Below are positions 24,957 through 38,655 of a stretch of 64,000 nucleotides of DNA, one piece after another. Each line of letters starts with the position of its first letter. Positions within the stretch are counted from its first letter, which is position 1. This DNA comes from Bilabrum cf. latius. Its lineage: Eukaryota. The translations under genes and the position numbers were made by a program. The stretch covers positions 744,001-808,000 of the forward strand of contig OZ237763.1 in assembly GCA_965178125.1 (NCBI GenBank). Reading direction: 5' to 3'. Under the pieces are notes generated by a model that searched no databases, was not told the origin of the DNA, and saw only the letters and a list, made by a program, of their open reading frames with translations.

Positions 24957-27900
24957 TCACGAAGGCACGCAGTCCTCCCCGGCTTGACCCCCTGCTGTTG
25001 CCTCCACCCTGAGACCCAGTCGCACCAGCCCCCGGGCTACCTGAGTTGCCCGCCGCAGCGCAAGACTGACTTGCCGAGCATCCAGCCCACCCATCGCACC
25101 TGCCCCTGCCCCTGTTCCTGCGGTTCCCGCACCTTCGCCACCTGAGTGGCTGCCTCTGCACCCAAAGGCATCCGATGGCAGGATCGCCCCTCTGCGGAGC
25201 CCCTCCATCACGGCCCGCGATGGCCCCTTTGTCCACCCGCCTCCCGCCTCATCCCCTTCGCCCTTCCCCTTTGCCCATCCTACCACCTGCCCCCCTGCTT
25301 CCGCCCACCCCGCCCTCTCTAGCCCCTCCTCTCTGCTCTTCCCCCCGTCCTCTGACCCAGCACCTGCGCCCGCAGCGGATCCTCCATCGCCGTTCACAGC
25401 CAGCGCGGCAGCCCCCTCGGCTCCCATTGCGCCCTCCACGATCCTCTGCAGTCGAGCCACAGCAGGCAGCAGCCCATCCACGGCCTCCCGCAGCAGGCTC
25501 TCAGCGGCACCACCAGGCAGCTCCCCTTGCAGTGCAATCCCAGCCCTTGCCACTGCCCCTGCCCCTTCCCCCACGCGCATTCTCACGGGCCCGTCTCCGG
25601 ACCCAGGCTCACCGTTGCTCCCAACCTCACCATCACGAGCAGTCGCACCCGATTCTTTTGCCCTCTTGACCTCTACATCGCTACCTTCATCCGCCCGATC
25701 GGCCTGCACCAGCACCGGAGGCACTGACCCTCCGCCCTCCTCGTACGCAGCGGTTGCTGCTGCGGCGATCGAGGCGGCCTGCTGAGCAGCTTGCAGTCGC
25801 CTCTCGAGCCGCTGCTGCTGCTCGGTCCATTCCTCCCGCGCCTTGATCCAGGCCCCCTCCACCCGAGCCACTCTATCGTTCGCATGCTTCATGCCCGCCC
25901 GGGCCTCCCCCAGCTGCCGCTCCAACCCGCGCGCGCGCTCCACTTCCCCACGCCCCTCCTCAAGCTATCGCTCCAGCTCGCCGACTTGATTGCGCAGCCT
26001 CGCCACCGTCTCTCTCTCATCACTCAGAGCCTTCTCCGCCTCATGTTGCAGCCGCCTGGCCTCTGCAATGTCCCTGCTTGCCCCTCCTGCGGCCAGCCTG
26101 TGCGACTCCACCGTCCTCTCCGCCGCCCTCTGTCGCACGAAGGCCTCGTCTCTCTCCCTGGCCAGCTGCAGGCGGGCCTCTTTGAGCTGATGCTCGGCTG
26201 CATCGGCGCGCAGGGTGGCATCCTGCAGCTGTGCCCGCAGCGCAGCGGCCTCATCTGTGTTTCCTGCAGGATCATCGTCCCCGCTCCCCGAGCGCTTCAC
26301 ACCATTCGCAGCTGCTGGGGCCTTGGTCCCTGTCGGTGCGCCGGATCCCTGCATGTGATCCTGATCCTGATCCTGCTCCTGGTCTTCGGCGGCTTCAAGT
26401 GTCCCCGTGCCATCACGAGCGCCCGTCTAGGAGCAGCCGATACCCGAGTCAGTGCCTGTACTCTGCGGTCTCTGCAGGTGAGCCAGCCACATACCAGCCT
26501 CTTCTCCCCTGGCCCCTGACCCGTCACTGTCGCCGCCGCTGCCGCCGCTGCCGCCGCTGCCGCCGCTGCCGCCGAGCTCGCTGGCGTGGAGCCCTTCCCC
26601 TGTCTCCTCCATCCCCAGCTCAACCCCATCTGTCTCTGCCACCCCCACACCTAAATCATGCCTTTCGCTCAAGCCCCCACCCAAGTATCTCCCATGGGCC
26701 TCCCCTCGCCCGCCCTTCGACCGACTCGAGCCCGCCTCTCCTGCTCTCTAGCTCCTGAGCCCCCCAACAATATGCCCTGCCAGCTCGGCTGCAACTCGCT
26801 CTGGTGTTGGAGCCCTCTGCCTCTGCCTCTGCCTCTGCCTGGACTTGTCTTTGCCTTTGCCTTTGTGCTTGCGCTTGCCCTTAGAGCCGAGAGGTCGACC
26901 GCTCCCCTGCACTGCACTGCCATGTGGCATTGCACCAGCCGGCACGCCATCAGGAGCACCCCGGCCATGTCCCCGGCCCCTTTGCGCCCCCTCCCTGGAT
27001 GCCCTGGGGGCCCTTCCCCCAGGGCTCCAGGAAGCATCCAGTCCCCGGGGGTTGTTCTCTGACCAAAATGAACCCCCCTGCAGGACCACACCCTCAGCCC
27101 CTTGCCTCTCTCGGCCCCCCAGTTCCAGTGCCAGTGCCACCGCGTCCAGGCTGGGCACCTCCAGCGGCCCCTCAGAGTCGGCCCCGTATCCCCTGCCCCA
27201 CTGCCTCCACACATCCCCCGTACCCCTGCTGCTCGATCCGTCCAACAGGGCGGGGCCCCCCACAGTAGACCGAGCGATGGCAGTGCTTCCCGTGGCCAGC
27301 CCTGTGCTTCCATGCCTTGCACCTTCGTGCCTTGCACCTTCGTGCCTTGCACCTTCTCGCGGCCTCCCATCTGGCCTGCTCAACTGACCGCCACTCTGGA
27401 CGCGCGCGTGCCCCCTCGCGTGCCCCGGGTCCACCCCGGCCCACACCTTGTCCCCGACTGGGGACAAAATCTGTTCCCTGGGAGCATTCCATGCACCCGG
27501 CCTAACTGCCGCCCCATGGCCCTGTCTCGCGCCCCGCGCGGCTCGGCGGCTCCTTGCCCCGCTGGCAGTGGCACGACGTGCTCCCCTTGACCTTGAGCCC
27601 GGGGTGCCGGTTTCTGGAGTGGAAGGACTGCGATGGCTCGAGGCAGGCGTGCGCTTACTGGTTCTTCGCCGTGCCTCGCCTTTTCTTCGCGCGGCTCGCT
27701 GGCTCGTAGGGGTAGCGGCAGGCACTGCAGCTGCCGCTGGCGTGGATTGTCTCGAGCTGCCCTTCGTACGGGTCCTGGATTTCGCCGACGTCTTGGTCGC
27801 AGAGGGAGAAGTAACGCCGCGCTTGGGAGTAGCAGTGGCCGGACTGGACCGTCTTTTTCTTCCATCTGACCTAGGCTTGGGTCGCTTCGAACCTGGACCT

Positions 27901-28334
27901 GCAGCCCCTCGCGGCGCCTCCTAGTCAGCCAGTCTTCCGTTTGTAGCCGCTTTGGAGTCGGCGAGAGACTGCCGGAGCTCATCATTCTACCGGACCTACT
28001 AAGCAACCCGCTCCGCTCGATGAGCTACAGTCGCAAGCAGAGCATCCACCTCATCCAACAGAGCAGCAGATGCCAGACTTCCTGCGTCGCTGTCATCGTC
28101 GCGACCTCCACCAGCGAGCAACGTATTGCCCGTTAGCGCATCTATTGTTTCAGTTGTGCGAGCCCGAATTCCAATTTGGTCCGGGATATCCACTGAACCG
28201 CTGCTGGAGTCACTGCCACGACCACCAAGATCGCTTGCACCATCCTTTAGGGATACTACAGCGCCACGCGCGGATGCGGCTGACTCCAGGCGATCCAGCC
28301 TACCCTTTAGGTCCATCATCCAGGAGTCATCCAT
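24957..28334 (-). CDS. Coiled-coil and low-complexity protein, 1125 aa
   Basis: Five ORF fragments share one frame, joined across 7 TAGs. AERVA**VR*NDELRQSL and QVGELER*LEEGRGEVERARGLERQL read as continuous coiled coil with Q. Ends in TGA. Confidence 0.75.
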
Positions 28335-28532
28335 CCTATGTTTGTCTCAGGGGCCCCCAAAGATTTGCTTTCTTTCTGCGCAGGCCGTGACGAGTGCTCT
28401 CTTTTTGCGACGCAGTTGCCTGCCGGGCCTTCCCACTCGTTGCTTCAAACACGTTTGGCCTGCTATCAGCTGAATTGTCAAGACTTGCTAACATTTGCTC
28501 CGAGCAAGTCAATACAGCAATCTTGAACAAAC

Positions 28533-31500
28533 ATGTGGGGTGGCAAAGAGGAATCAATGCCAACGAGTTCCCAAGCTCCGGCCGAGGCTGTCGCGCGGTC
28601 GCTCAGCATGGGCCGCTGGGGCGCCCCTGCGCGAGAACAGGGTATTAGGGCCGCGGTTGAAAGAGCAGTAGATACTATGATGAATCGAAGGGTCGTGGGG
28701 CTGCCTGCCTTTCCTCTCTGCGTCGAGCCAGAGGTGCCGTCTGAGCTGCCGCTGAGCACTCTAACCAGCGAGCCGGCTGAGCGGGGGATGCGGCCTTGGC
28801 CAGCATCATCGTCTCCGCCTATCCATGCGAGCAATCTCGAGGCGAATTGGGCGTCTCTCTTGCAGCGCGAGTGCAGGCTGCATCGTCCTCTAGCGTGCCT
28901 AGTGGAGGTCTGCGCCACGGCTCATGTCGCGCATGTCCTGCGACGCCCGAGCACGAGACCGAAGATCAGCTGGCTGAAGCGGCTTTTGGTGGGAATTGCA
29001 CTTGTCTCTGGCCCTGCATTCGCAGAAGCGGTAGATGATTCGGCGAGATCGGCGGTGGCGAACGATCCGGACCTGCCCGCAATTGCGCAGCAGGCCAGGT
29101 AGCTCGCAAATGGAATGCCGGCGCGGCAGCAGACCATGGAAAATGTGTCACAGACGGTACCGTCACAGTTGTTTGCAGCTTCCAAGCCAAAGCAGGCGGC
29201 AGTCGGGCTCGGAAGCGAGCAGAAAGAGGGGGAATCTGCCGGCACACTTGCTTCGGGCCGCCGAGCGCATTTCGGACAAGGGTTGGGCGCGGTCGGCAGA
29301 GCCTCGGGAGCGCCCAGACTGCCCCCTTCATTGTCCAGGCCGACCTCGTCCTCGTCCACAGCTGCTTCATCCTCCGCTGCCTCGTCCACAGCTGCCACTG
29401 CCCCGGCGCCAGCGCCTATCCGAGCCGGTCGAAAGCGCCGCCGAGTGTCCGCCGCCCAGCTGGCCCTGGAGGCCGTCATGTCGGCGGGCGGCCTGCTCAT
29501 GGGGATTGGCGGGGGCCCCAGCTCGGGTGCCGGCGCGGGCGTCGGCGAGGCTTCGAGTGGCCAGGGCGAAGGCAAGGGTGCGGGCACTGCCGCTGTGTGG
29601 GAGGGGAGGGCGGGGCCAGGGGTTGCGGTTGGTGCCGGTGCCGGTCTCAAACCAGGAGCGTTGTTCCCGCGGGGCGGCGGTAGTCAAGACTGGGAGCAGG
29701 ATGATGCTGACGGGGCCCCCCCACAGGCACGCAGGAGGCGCGTGGACCCCACGGACTCGCTGCCCTCGGCTCTGGGAGTCATGCCCGGGCTCAAGGCATG
29801 CGCCGACCGAGCCATGCGCCGGATAGACGCGCTGGGCCGGCTGGCGGGGCCTCAGGAAAAGGTGCGCAAGGCGTGGGCGAGGCGGCTCGCGCTCTGCAAG
29901 CGGCTGTGGCACGCTGTGGACCAGACCTCGGACACGGCCCGCAGGTTCGTGGCCACCAGCATGGCGGACGAATCGCTGGTCCGTCGGGCGGCGGGGATCG
30001 GGGCGGGGTCCTGGCGCGCGATGGGCGTGGATCCAGCGAGCGGGCCCGGGGCCTGTCTGCTGGCCCTTGAGAGGGACAGGCAGTGGGCGCGGGTGGTGGG
30101 CCTGCTCTGCTGCTGCGCGCTGAGGCAGCTGCGGAGAGAGACGCTGCGGGCTTCTCGGGTGCTTTGGTACTTTGTGGGCGGGCCCGGATGCGCCTCCCTC
30201 CACCGGTGCCTGCGACTGGTGCTGGAGAGTGTGGACGAGCTGGGGCTCAGGTCGGAGGCGGCGCTGGCGGCGCTCAGGGCGCAGGTGGACTACAGGGCGA
30301 CCGCAGGGGGCAAGCACCCAGGGAACAAGACGGCGCTGGCGCGGTGGAGCGGGGGTGTTGACGCGGGGGCGCGGCCGGATCTCCTGGGGGCCCGGGGGCC
30401 CCTGCTTCCGGGATCCATGCACGTGCTGCTGAGTGAGTGCTCGGGGCAGCCGATCCAGAGCTTTTAGGAGCACCCCAGGGCGCGGGTGCTGGAGAAGGTG
30501 GCGCAGGCGATCGACGCGGCCTGGCAGTCCGTGGGGCCCACCCTGTCCCGCACCCTGCAGCGCGTGCTGGTCGCCTGTCCCCGCGCCTCGAGGCGGCAGG
30601 TGGAGCGGGTGCTGGCTTGCATGGCGGGCCCTCTGGCCGACAGCACGGGCATCCTGAGGACGCACCTCGACGCCACGGGGCCCTCTGCCAGGCCTTTGCG
30701 GGCCGCGATGCGGGCCTGGGTGGCAGACACCCCCCCGGGCCCGCCCTCCCCCTTCCCACCCACCTCTCCTGGGGGGGGGCATGGCACCGCTATCTTGTCG
30801 CAGGCAGGTGGCAAGGAGCAGCCGCAGGAGGACGAGGACGACCCGGGCAACTGCTACAACTTCGAGGGGCCCATCGCCCCGGGGGACTTCGACCTGAGGC
30901 CACTCGTCACACGCGGTGCGCGGCGCCGCGCGGCCATGGGCCTGTTCCGCTGCCTGCAGCGCATGCGAACTCGCAGCAGCAGGCGCGGCGCGGGGTCCGG
31001 TGCTGGCGAGGACGGGGGGTCCGAGAGTGGCAGTGGTGACCTCCTTGTGCAGATGGCAGACATGCTGCCCCGCCGGGGGGGAGGGGGATCCCCTGGACTG
31101 CGGGTCCTCGGCTTCGGGTGCGCCTGGGCGCGGCGGTGGGTGATTGAGGCGCTGCAGCACGAGCGGCAGGCGGTCGCGGAGCGGGAGCGGGGTCCGATGC
31201 CCGGCTCGGGGGCTCCTGGGGGCGTCGTGAGTGGTGGGGGAGTGAGGCATCAGCGCGAGGGGGCGGCGGTGGGGGGTCAAGTGGCGGCTGCGCGGGCGCT
31301 GCTGCTGCCTCCCTCTGGTGTGACGAGTGTGGAGGATGCGAAGGAGGCGGTGGTCGGAGTGGCCATGAGGGGCGCATCGGTCGGGGCCGGTCCGATGGGC
31401 GGGGTGGGCGCAGGCACTGGTGCCTCCAGTGGTAGCGGCAGCAGCTTGCCCAACCTGAGGGTGGTGCCGCCCCCACCGGTGGATCCGCAGGAGGAGGTGC

Positions 31501-32291
31501 CTGACGTCATGGGCCCGCCCCCTCCGTCCCCCACTGCGAAGGGTAGAGGGGCCGGTCGAGGCGCAGGCGCAGGCCATGAGCAGGAACAGGAGTAGGAACA
31601 TAAGCAGGAGGAGGATGAGGTGTGGGCGGGGCCGTGGGCGCTCCCCGAGCCGCCATCGGTGGTGCGAGCGCTGCTGCAGGCTGCCTCTGCCAGTGAGGTA
31701 GATGGCGAGGAGCGCCTAGCAGAGGACGTTTCAGAAAACGAGGCTCAGGTGCCGATGCCAAGCAGCATTAGCAGTAGCAGCACCAGTAGCAGCAGTAGCA
31801 GTAGCAGCAGCACCAGTAGTAGCAGTGCAGGCGGGCTTGCAAGCTCTGTGCAGCTCGGTGCCATGGCCATCGTCCCTGCAGCGCACAAGCAAGCGGCGCA
31901 GATGTAGCCACAGATGGCTCCGGTACGGTCTCCCCCGGCTCGTCAGGTCATCCGAGGGTCTCAGCCACTCATCGGAGCCCAGGATCAATGGCAATTGGCG
32001 CTTCGGCCAGCCGACTAGCAGGAGCTCGCAGACGCTGTCTCGCAAGGGGTAGACTCAGCTGTTCTAGAGGAGCTCTTCCGGTCGGTCAGGTTCGACCAGG
32101 ACGACACCGCGCGAGTAGAAACGCGCTTTGCAAAAGAAGTAGCTCATGATCACGCACGCAGGCTCGAGCGTGTGGGTCACAGAGGAGCCCAAGAAGTTGG
32201 CGACCGATGGAATGTGGCAGTAGGCCATAGTCTCGGAGCTTGGATGCAGACTGCGCTGGGGCCGGTTCTAGGAGAATCATAGTTTAAATGA
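28533..32291 (+). CDS. Hypothetical predicted alpha-helical protein, ~1250 aa
   Basis: ORFs 28533, 29115, 30486 and 31620 share a frame; 6 TAGs (29100, 30465, 31593, 31905, 32016, 32280); ends at TGA 32289. The start could be ATG 28557. Confidence 0.7.
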
Positions 32292-32750
32292 ATGAGTTGC
32301 ATGCAGCAAGCAATGGCATATTCGAATCAGATGCAATTTCACCGACGCGCGGCGTAATTACGCCGATGATTGCACACCGTTTTACAATCTCGGGGAATCT
32401 GTCCTAAGGCAGCCGAGCCGAAATTTTCGCCCTCCTCGAATACAAACGCACAGTATTTGATACGATGTCAAATCATTTTGGTATATGATCGATATTGTAC
32501 CGCGTGGCAAGTCTGAAACCCTCCTAGTGTCGAGCATCGTGATCCAGCTGTAGTGATGATGACAAATTGCTTTGCTCATTCACGCAATCATGATGACGCC
32601 ATCGCGCAATCATCAGTGATGGTGTGATTAATCAAGACTTAGCATTGCTGCTTACATCTCATTCAATTGAGCCGATAATTGGCTTGATACCTCATCGATT
32701 GGCGCACAAAGCCAGCACATCGTGTATTAGTAGAATATTTTTGCGATAGG

Positions 32751-35700
32751 ATGGGCTGTAGCAGCTCTAGCTTCTGCGTGGGAGAGGATTTCGATGGAGT
32801 GGTACAATCGGCACGTCGCTCGGATAGCATCGCCACCGCATCGGCTGCCTCTTCATTAGACGAGATGGTCCGCGTGAAATTGGAGAGCAATATTATGCCA
32901 TGTGGCATCTTGGGCGTAAGCCAGCGCTCAAGCGCGGGTAGCGACATGGTGGAGCTTCGAAAGGTACCAGGCGTGCAGCTAAGCGCAGCGAGCCGTCTGG
33001 AGTCCCTCATCCAACGATGCGTCCGAATTTCAGTGCTAACCGATGCCGTATCTCGACGACAAGTCACAATTATCCTGCGGCGCCTACTGCATATCGTTTT
33101 GACGCCGCTGTGTGCTCCTGACAGGCCGGACCCTGCCGCACCGAATCCAATCCCGGATTGTGCGGAGCAAGTGGCTGCGAGAGCGATTGCAGCCTGCTTG
33201 ATAGGAAGTATGCGAAAGTTTGTTCAAAAAGCTCGGCATTGGCCGCCGCAGCTTCGTCAATCGGTAGCATCAGCCATCGATGCCGGGGTTGCTCTTCACG
33301 AGAACCCCGCAAAGACTTCTACGCCTGGTACGCCAGCTGCGCCGACTAACCGCTCGCTGGAGCGAGCTAGAGGTTTGCAGCATGATGCTTACATTCGAAG
33401 CTTGTATTTTTAGCCGCCCTTTGCCAAGGGGGGGTTCGGTCGCGTTGCCCTTGCTACGGAAAGCGAAGCGGTGAAGTCGGAGCCCTCAGCCTCCGGGAGT
33501 AGATCCAAGGCCGCCAACGCGCTTGCGATGGTACCTAATGGTAGTAATGGCGTACTTGCGAGCGAAGCTTCGTCCGAATCTGCAGCAGGTGCCTTGAAAC
33601 TAGCAGGTTCTGGAAAAAGCGCAGGGAGCCGAAAGTGCGACGTCAACGACTCTACAGGCATGGACAGCAGCGCCGCCAGCCCTGGTAGTGTTTTTGTGGT
33701 TAAATCGGTAGACCTCGAGGCGCTGCGACGGCGAGAGTCCAATATGCTTCAAAGATGTCTTCAAGTGAGTGAAGCGCCGATTGCGCCACGTTTTACCGTT
33801 CTTTGAGGGCATCGTCCGGCTCGCCGTCTTCAACTGCAAGCACAAGCATATGCTTTTTCATTTTCTCCGCAACCCAATTTCATGTGCGCAGGAACCGATG
33901 CTGGCCGCGCTTGCTTCGCTGCACGGCAACCCGTATGTAGCCAGAATCCACGGATGGACGACAACTCGCACACAGCTTGTCGTCGCGCAAGAATTTGTGC
34001 CGGGTGGAGATCTATATTCTCTGCTGAAAGGAATCCGTCGTATTCCGGAGCGCAAGGCGGCGTCGATGATCGCCGAGGTCATTGTCGCCCTGGCGCACCT
34101 GCACCGGCTAGGCATCTTGCATCGGGACCTGAAGAGCGAGAACGTGCTCATCTCTGCCGACGGGCATCTGAAGCTCATCGACTTTGGCCTAGCTGCGGAC
34201 GAACTGGAGCTTCTGTCCCGTCCCAGCAGCAGGAGCGGGCGGCAGCTGGTGCCGCGCGGCAGCATCGAGCGGTGGCAGGCTGCCATCAAGCTCAGGCGGG
34301 GTGGCGAGGGGGATGGCGAGGAAATGCAAAGGTAGCGCCACGGCAAGGCAGCGGAGAAGAGTGGTACAGAGCACAGCGGCGGCGTGGGGCACGGGGGAGG
34401 TGCAGCGCACGGTGGTGCGGGGGCTGCAGCAGGGCATTGGCTCGCCCTGGATCCCGTGACCCGCGCCAAACCGGCCGACGTGGATGCCTTCAGGAAGGCC
34501 CGCAGGCAGGAGAAGAGGCAGGCGCGGAAGGGTAAGGGGAAGGGGGGAGAGATCGCCCCCCAGCGCAAGAGGGGCGGTCAGCAGGCGCAGAAGCGCGGAG
34601 GCAACGATCAGGGCTAGGCCGGGGCAGGAGGTCACGGAAGGAGGGCGCACGGGCCGGGTCATGCCCCGCCCCCTCACTCGTCACACCACAACAACCACCA
34701 GCAATGGTAGCGGGGTCAGGAAGGGTACGCCCGACAGGGGCCCGCCGGGGGCGAGGGCGCACTGCCACTGAGTGCCGGTAGTGCTGGGGTGGCCGCGGGT
34801 GGGGGGCGAGGGGCAGGGTTGGATCAGGTGTCCCAAGTGACGGTCACCGGTGCTGCTGGAGGCGTTGTTGCCTCCTCTCGAGTGACCTCCAACCGGAGCC
34901 AGCCCGTGTACCAGGGCACAGGGACCGCGATGCAGTCGGGCATGGTGTCCATGTCGATCGGGGGAGGCACCAGCTCGAGGCAGATGCAGCAGGGGCCGGG
35001 CGGGAGCTCGGGGCAGGGGTCCAGTGGCGGATCTGGGTCTGGGTCTGGGTCTGGGTCTGGGTCTGGGTCTGGGTCTGGCGGCAACACAGGCAGCGGGAGT
35101 GGAAGTGGAAGTGGAAGCGGAAGTGGCCTGTTTCCCGGGGCAATCGCAGGGATGGACGGACTGAGCCCGAGCAACAGCAGCATGCGGGCAGGGGGCGGGA
35201 GCGGGGATGCAGGTGGGAAGCAGGGCAGTAACTCGAGCGGCAATTCGAGTGGCAGCGGGGGCAGGACAGGTGGAGGACGAAGAGGAGAAGGTGAAGGGAC
35301 GAATGGCAGCAGCACCGCCACCAGCCAGGGGGTAAGCATCAACAGCGTGGAGTGGGGTGCCGACGGGCGAGTGGACCTGCACCGTGCGCTCGAGATACAC
35401 CGCATGCAGCAGCTCAAGAACCACCGGGGGGGTGCAGCGCACGGTAGTGCATCCAACAGCACAGACGGACAGACAGGCGGCACCGATGCCAGCGACGTGT
35501 GGCAGACCCGAGACCAGGCCTAGGGCCGCTCGCCGGACCTTGCTAGCCAGGATCAGGTGTGGCAGATGGGCCAGGACGGGCGGGGCCTGCTCTCCTCAGA
35601 GACAGACTCTGTCCAGATGAGGTGTGACGTGTGGTCCACCAGCACGGGAGTAGGGCTGCTGCGAGGCGGGCTGGACAGTGGAGGGACCCGGGGGCAGAGC

Positions 35701-36513
35701 GTCGCCACCTCTACCACTAGCACTGCGGGTGGAGGCATACCGCTCGGGGATTCCGTGCCCTCTGTGGCGGGTATGCTTGGCGGGATCGCGCCCAAGGCCG
35801 CCACCGACAGCTCCATCAGTGCGGCTGCAGTGCATCCCGGGGAGGTGACAGGAGTCGCTGCTTCCTTCCGCGGTTAGGCTGGTCTTGCAGCCGCGCTGGT
35901 GGACCGACCTCCGAGCCAGTCGACGCAACACCATCAGCATCACCTTCACCATCACCACCAGCGACAGCAACAGCAGCGCATGTCTGACGGTGAATCGCCA
36001 GTGATGAGCAGCGAGCCGTCGCCCGTGTCTGAGGGTGTGGACGAGGGCACCGGCAGTGCAAGTGCAAGTGGAAGCGGCAGAGGCAGAGGCAGTGGAAGCG
36101 GCAGCGGCAGTGCGAGCTACCTGGCAGCCGGCACTGTCCTCGCGGACCTCACAGGGAACAACCAGCACTCGGGTTCCGCGCTCGTCACACCTCAGGTCGG
36201 CTTGCTCTCGACGACCCCTGGAGCACCGATTCTGGTGCCGAGTATGGCTGTGCGCAGCGGAACGTAGCGTTCCGGCGCCGCGCACCCCTTGGTTCGCGGC
36301 GGCACGACAGATGCAGCCCGCCGGCCCGCCCAGGGGCGCCAGCAGCTGGCAGGTGCGACGTCAATGGGCATGCAGGCCTATGGCAATGCGCGGGGTCTCG
36401 GGTCAGCAGCGGGTCGATCGAGCCGGCAAGGTGCACGCACAGTGGACAACGGGGAGGACAACGGGGACGAGGATGAAGATGAGCAGTCTGGGTTCGAGTC
36501 TGCGTCTGATAGT

Positions 36514-36544
<31 letters not shown>

Positions 36545-38529
36545 TGTCTGAGTCTCACACCGGGGCCCATGGCAGCGCCACCCAGGGGGCCGAGGGCAGG
36601 CTCATGGCCGTGGCCTCTCACAGCCTCCTGCCCAGCACGCCCATGGAGAGCGTGGACCAGTGCCAGGGCGTGGGGCACGAGGAGGGGCCCGGGCTGGGCA
36701 TGCAGGTGCTGGGGAGTCCGGGGACTGTGATGGGTGCCGGGGGGTTCATGGGGGGCAACATCCCCACGCTGGGGTCCGTGACGGTTACAACCGGGTCTTA
36801 GGCAGAGGCCGTGGATGTTCACGGCGAGTTTGGGATAGGCATGCAGGCGCTCAGGGACGCGAGCAGCCCGACTGCCAGAGTACCCGCTGCTGCTGCGGCC
36901 TCGCCTGTCCCGTTTGCAGGGGCACGGGCCGGGGCACAGGCCGGGCCTGCCCACGGCAGCAGCCCGCTGGTTCCCTCTCAGGCTCGCATGGAGGACGAGG
37001 GCGAGGACTCGAGGGGGGCTGCCAACGGGCCTTTTTCTGGTGCTGGAGGACCGGGGCCGAACCAGCGGCAAGCTAAGCTCAAGGGGACGGGGCAGGGCGC
37101 CGCACCCCACCAGCAGCAGAAGCAGAAGAAGGAGACAGATCCGACTGCATCGACCAAGCACGCCGCCGCAGGGAGCGGCCCCAGCCAGGGCCCGCAGCCC
37201 GCCCCAAGCAAGTGGGGGGCCGGTCGGGGCAGCCAGGGCGAGGGCTCCCAGCCCAGCCCTATGGATGTCTCGGACGAGTACCCCTCGGGGAACAGCAGGT
37301 CGGGCGAGGCGCCGCAGTGGAGGCGTTTCTCGGCGGTGGGCACGACCGCCTACTTGGCCCCCGAGCTGATCACGGGGGAGGGGCACGGGTATGCGAGCGA
37401 CTACTGGGCGCTGGGCGTGCTGCTGTTCCAGTGCCTCACAGGCAAGACGCCGTTCAGGGACAAGAGCAGCGTGGGGGGCACGTACAGCAACATCATGTAC
37501 AGGAAGGTGAGATGGCCGCACGGGGCCTGGGAGCGCATGAGTGAGGAGGTCGTGGACCTGCTCGCAAGGCTGCTGGAGCCCAAGGTGCAGGATAGGATCG
37601 GAGGGAAGGGACCCGATGCAGCCTTTGAAGCCCTCAAGCAGCACCCCTGGTTCGCCAAGCACGGAGTGGATTGGGACAAGCTCTACGAGGAGCCGGGGCC
37701 CTATGTGCCAAGGCTGCGGGGCACCATGGACGTGGGGTACTTCGAGTGCGTGCTGGGCCTGTCCGAGATCACCCTGTCCGAGGCGGTGATCGAAGGCGAG
37801 GAGGGCGAGGACAAAAGGGGCAATGCACGCAAGAGCCGCGGCAAGAAGGGGAGCGGGAAGGGGTCCAGCTCAAACGAGGACAAGGAGCTCACCCAGGACG
37901 GACCGGAGATCTCGTACACAAAGCACAAGAAGGCCCGCGACGGGGCTGCAAGGGGCCGAAAGGGCAAGAGTGCTAAGCCAGAGCATGGTAAGGGCTCGGG
38001 AGCGAAGACTGGCAGTCTCGGGCAGCGCGCGGGTGTCTTGCCGGGTGTCAGTGGGAGCACTGGTGGGGTGCCGGGTGTCAGTGGGAGCACTGGTGGAGTG
38101 CCGGGTGTCAGTGGGAGCACTGGTGGAGTGCCGGGTGTCAGTGGGAGCACTGGTGGAGTGCCCAGCGGTGCGGCGGGGACTGCGGGCAGTTCTCAATTCC
38201 GTGGGCTCGGGGCTGCTCTGCAGCAACAACAGCAGCAACAACAGCAGCAACAACAGCGAGCCATGGCGACGAGTGCATCCAGGTCTTCGGGAGGCACTGG
38301 CACTGGCAATGGCACTGGCACTGGAACTGGGACCGGGGCAGGGTCGAGGAGCTCTGCAGCGCCTCCCGTGGACCAGTGGCAGATCGGGGGTGTGATTCCT
38401 AGTGGCAAGAGTCTAGGGAGCGGGCAATCGCCGATGATGCAGTCTGCCAGCGGCAGCCAGCAGCCTGCCCAGAGGCAGTGCACTCCTTTCGAGATGGCGG
38501 CTCCTTCAAGCGAGGACTCGTCGGGTTGA
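32751..38529 (+). CDS. AGC Ser/Thr kinase, Greatwall/MAST/IRE-like, two exons (32751-33764, 33892-38529), 1883 aa
   Basis: N-terminal MGC (acylation-type). F*PPFAKGGFGRV Gly-loop lies directly after TAG 33411. Further motifs: FVVK, alphaC Glu at the exon junction, EFVPGGDL, HRDLKSENVL, LIDFGL, then after a ~1050-aa insert VGTTAYLAPE, DYWALG, DRIG, KQHPWF, VDWDKL..PYVP. 8 in-frame TAGs; ends in TGA. Confidence 0.88.
33765..33891 (+). other. Spliceosomal intron (127 nt, phase 0) in the kinase gene
   Basis: CAA|GTGAGT...TGCGCAG|GAA. Removal fixes the frame change between kinase subdomains II and III and removes an in-frame TGA. Confidence 0.85.
38041..38160 (+). repeat. 4 x 30-bp coding tandem repeat (PGVSGSTGGV)
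   Basis: CCGGGTGTCAGTGGGAGCACTGGTGGAGTG repeated in the kinase C-tail. Confidence 0.9.
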
Positions 38530-38655
38530 AGTGTCCCATAATCCGGGACCCGGATACGAATGTGAGATCGCAATTGCGATTTAATTGAATCAGAATTTTC
38601 ACTACATTGGAGGAGGGCAGTCATCAGATCTACGCACGCATGCAGTCCGGTTGAT

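Noticed and set aside
32540-32640. C/D-box snoRNA candidate (several TGATGA) in the intergenic gap
   Set aside because: There is no suitably placed downstream CTGA box or terminal stem; support is insufficient.
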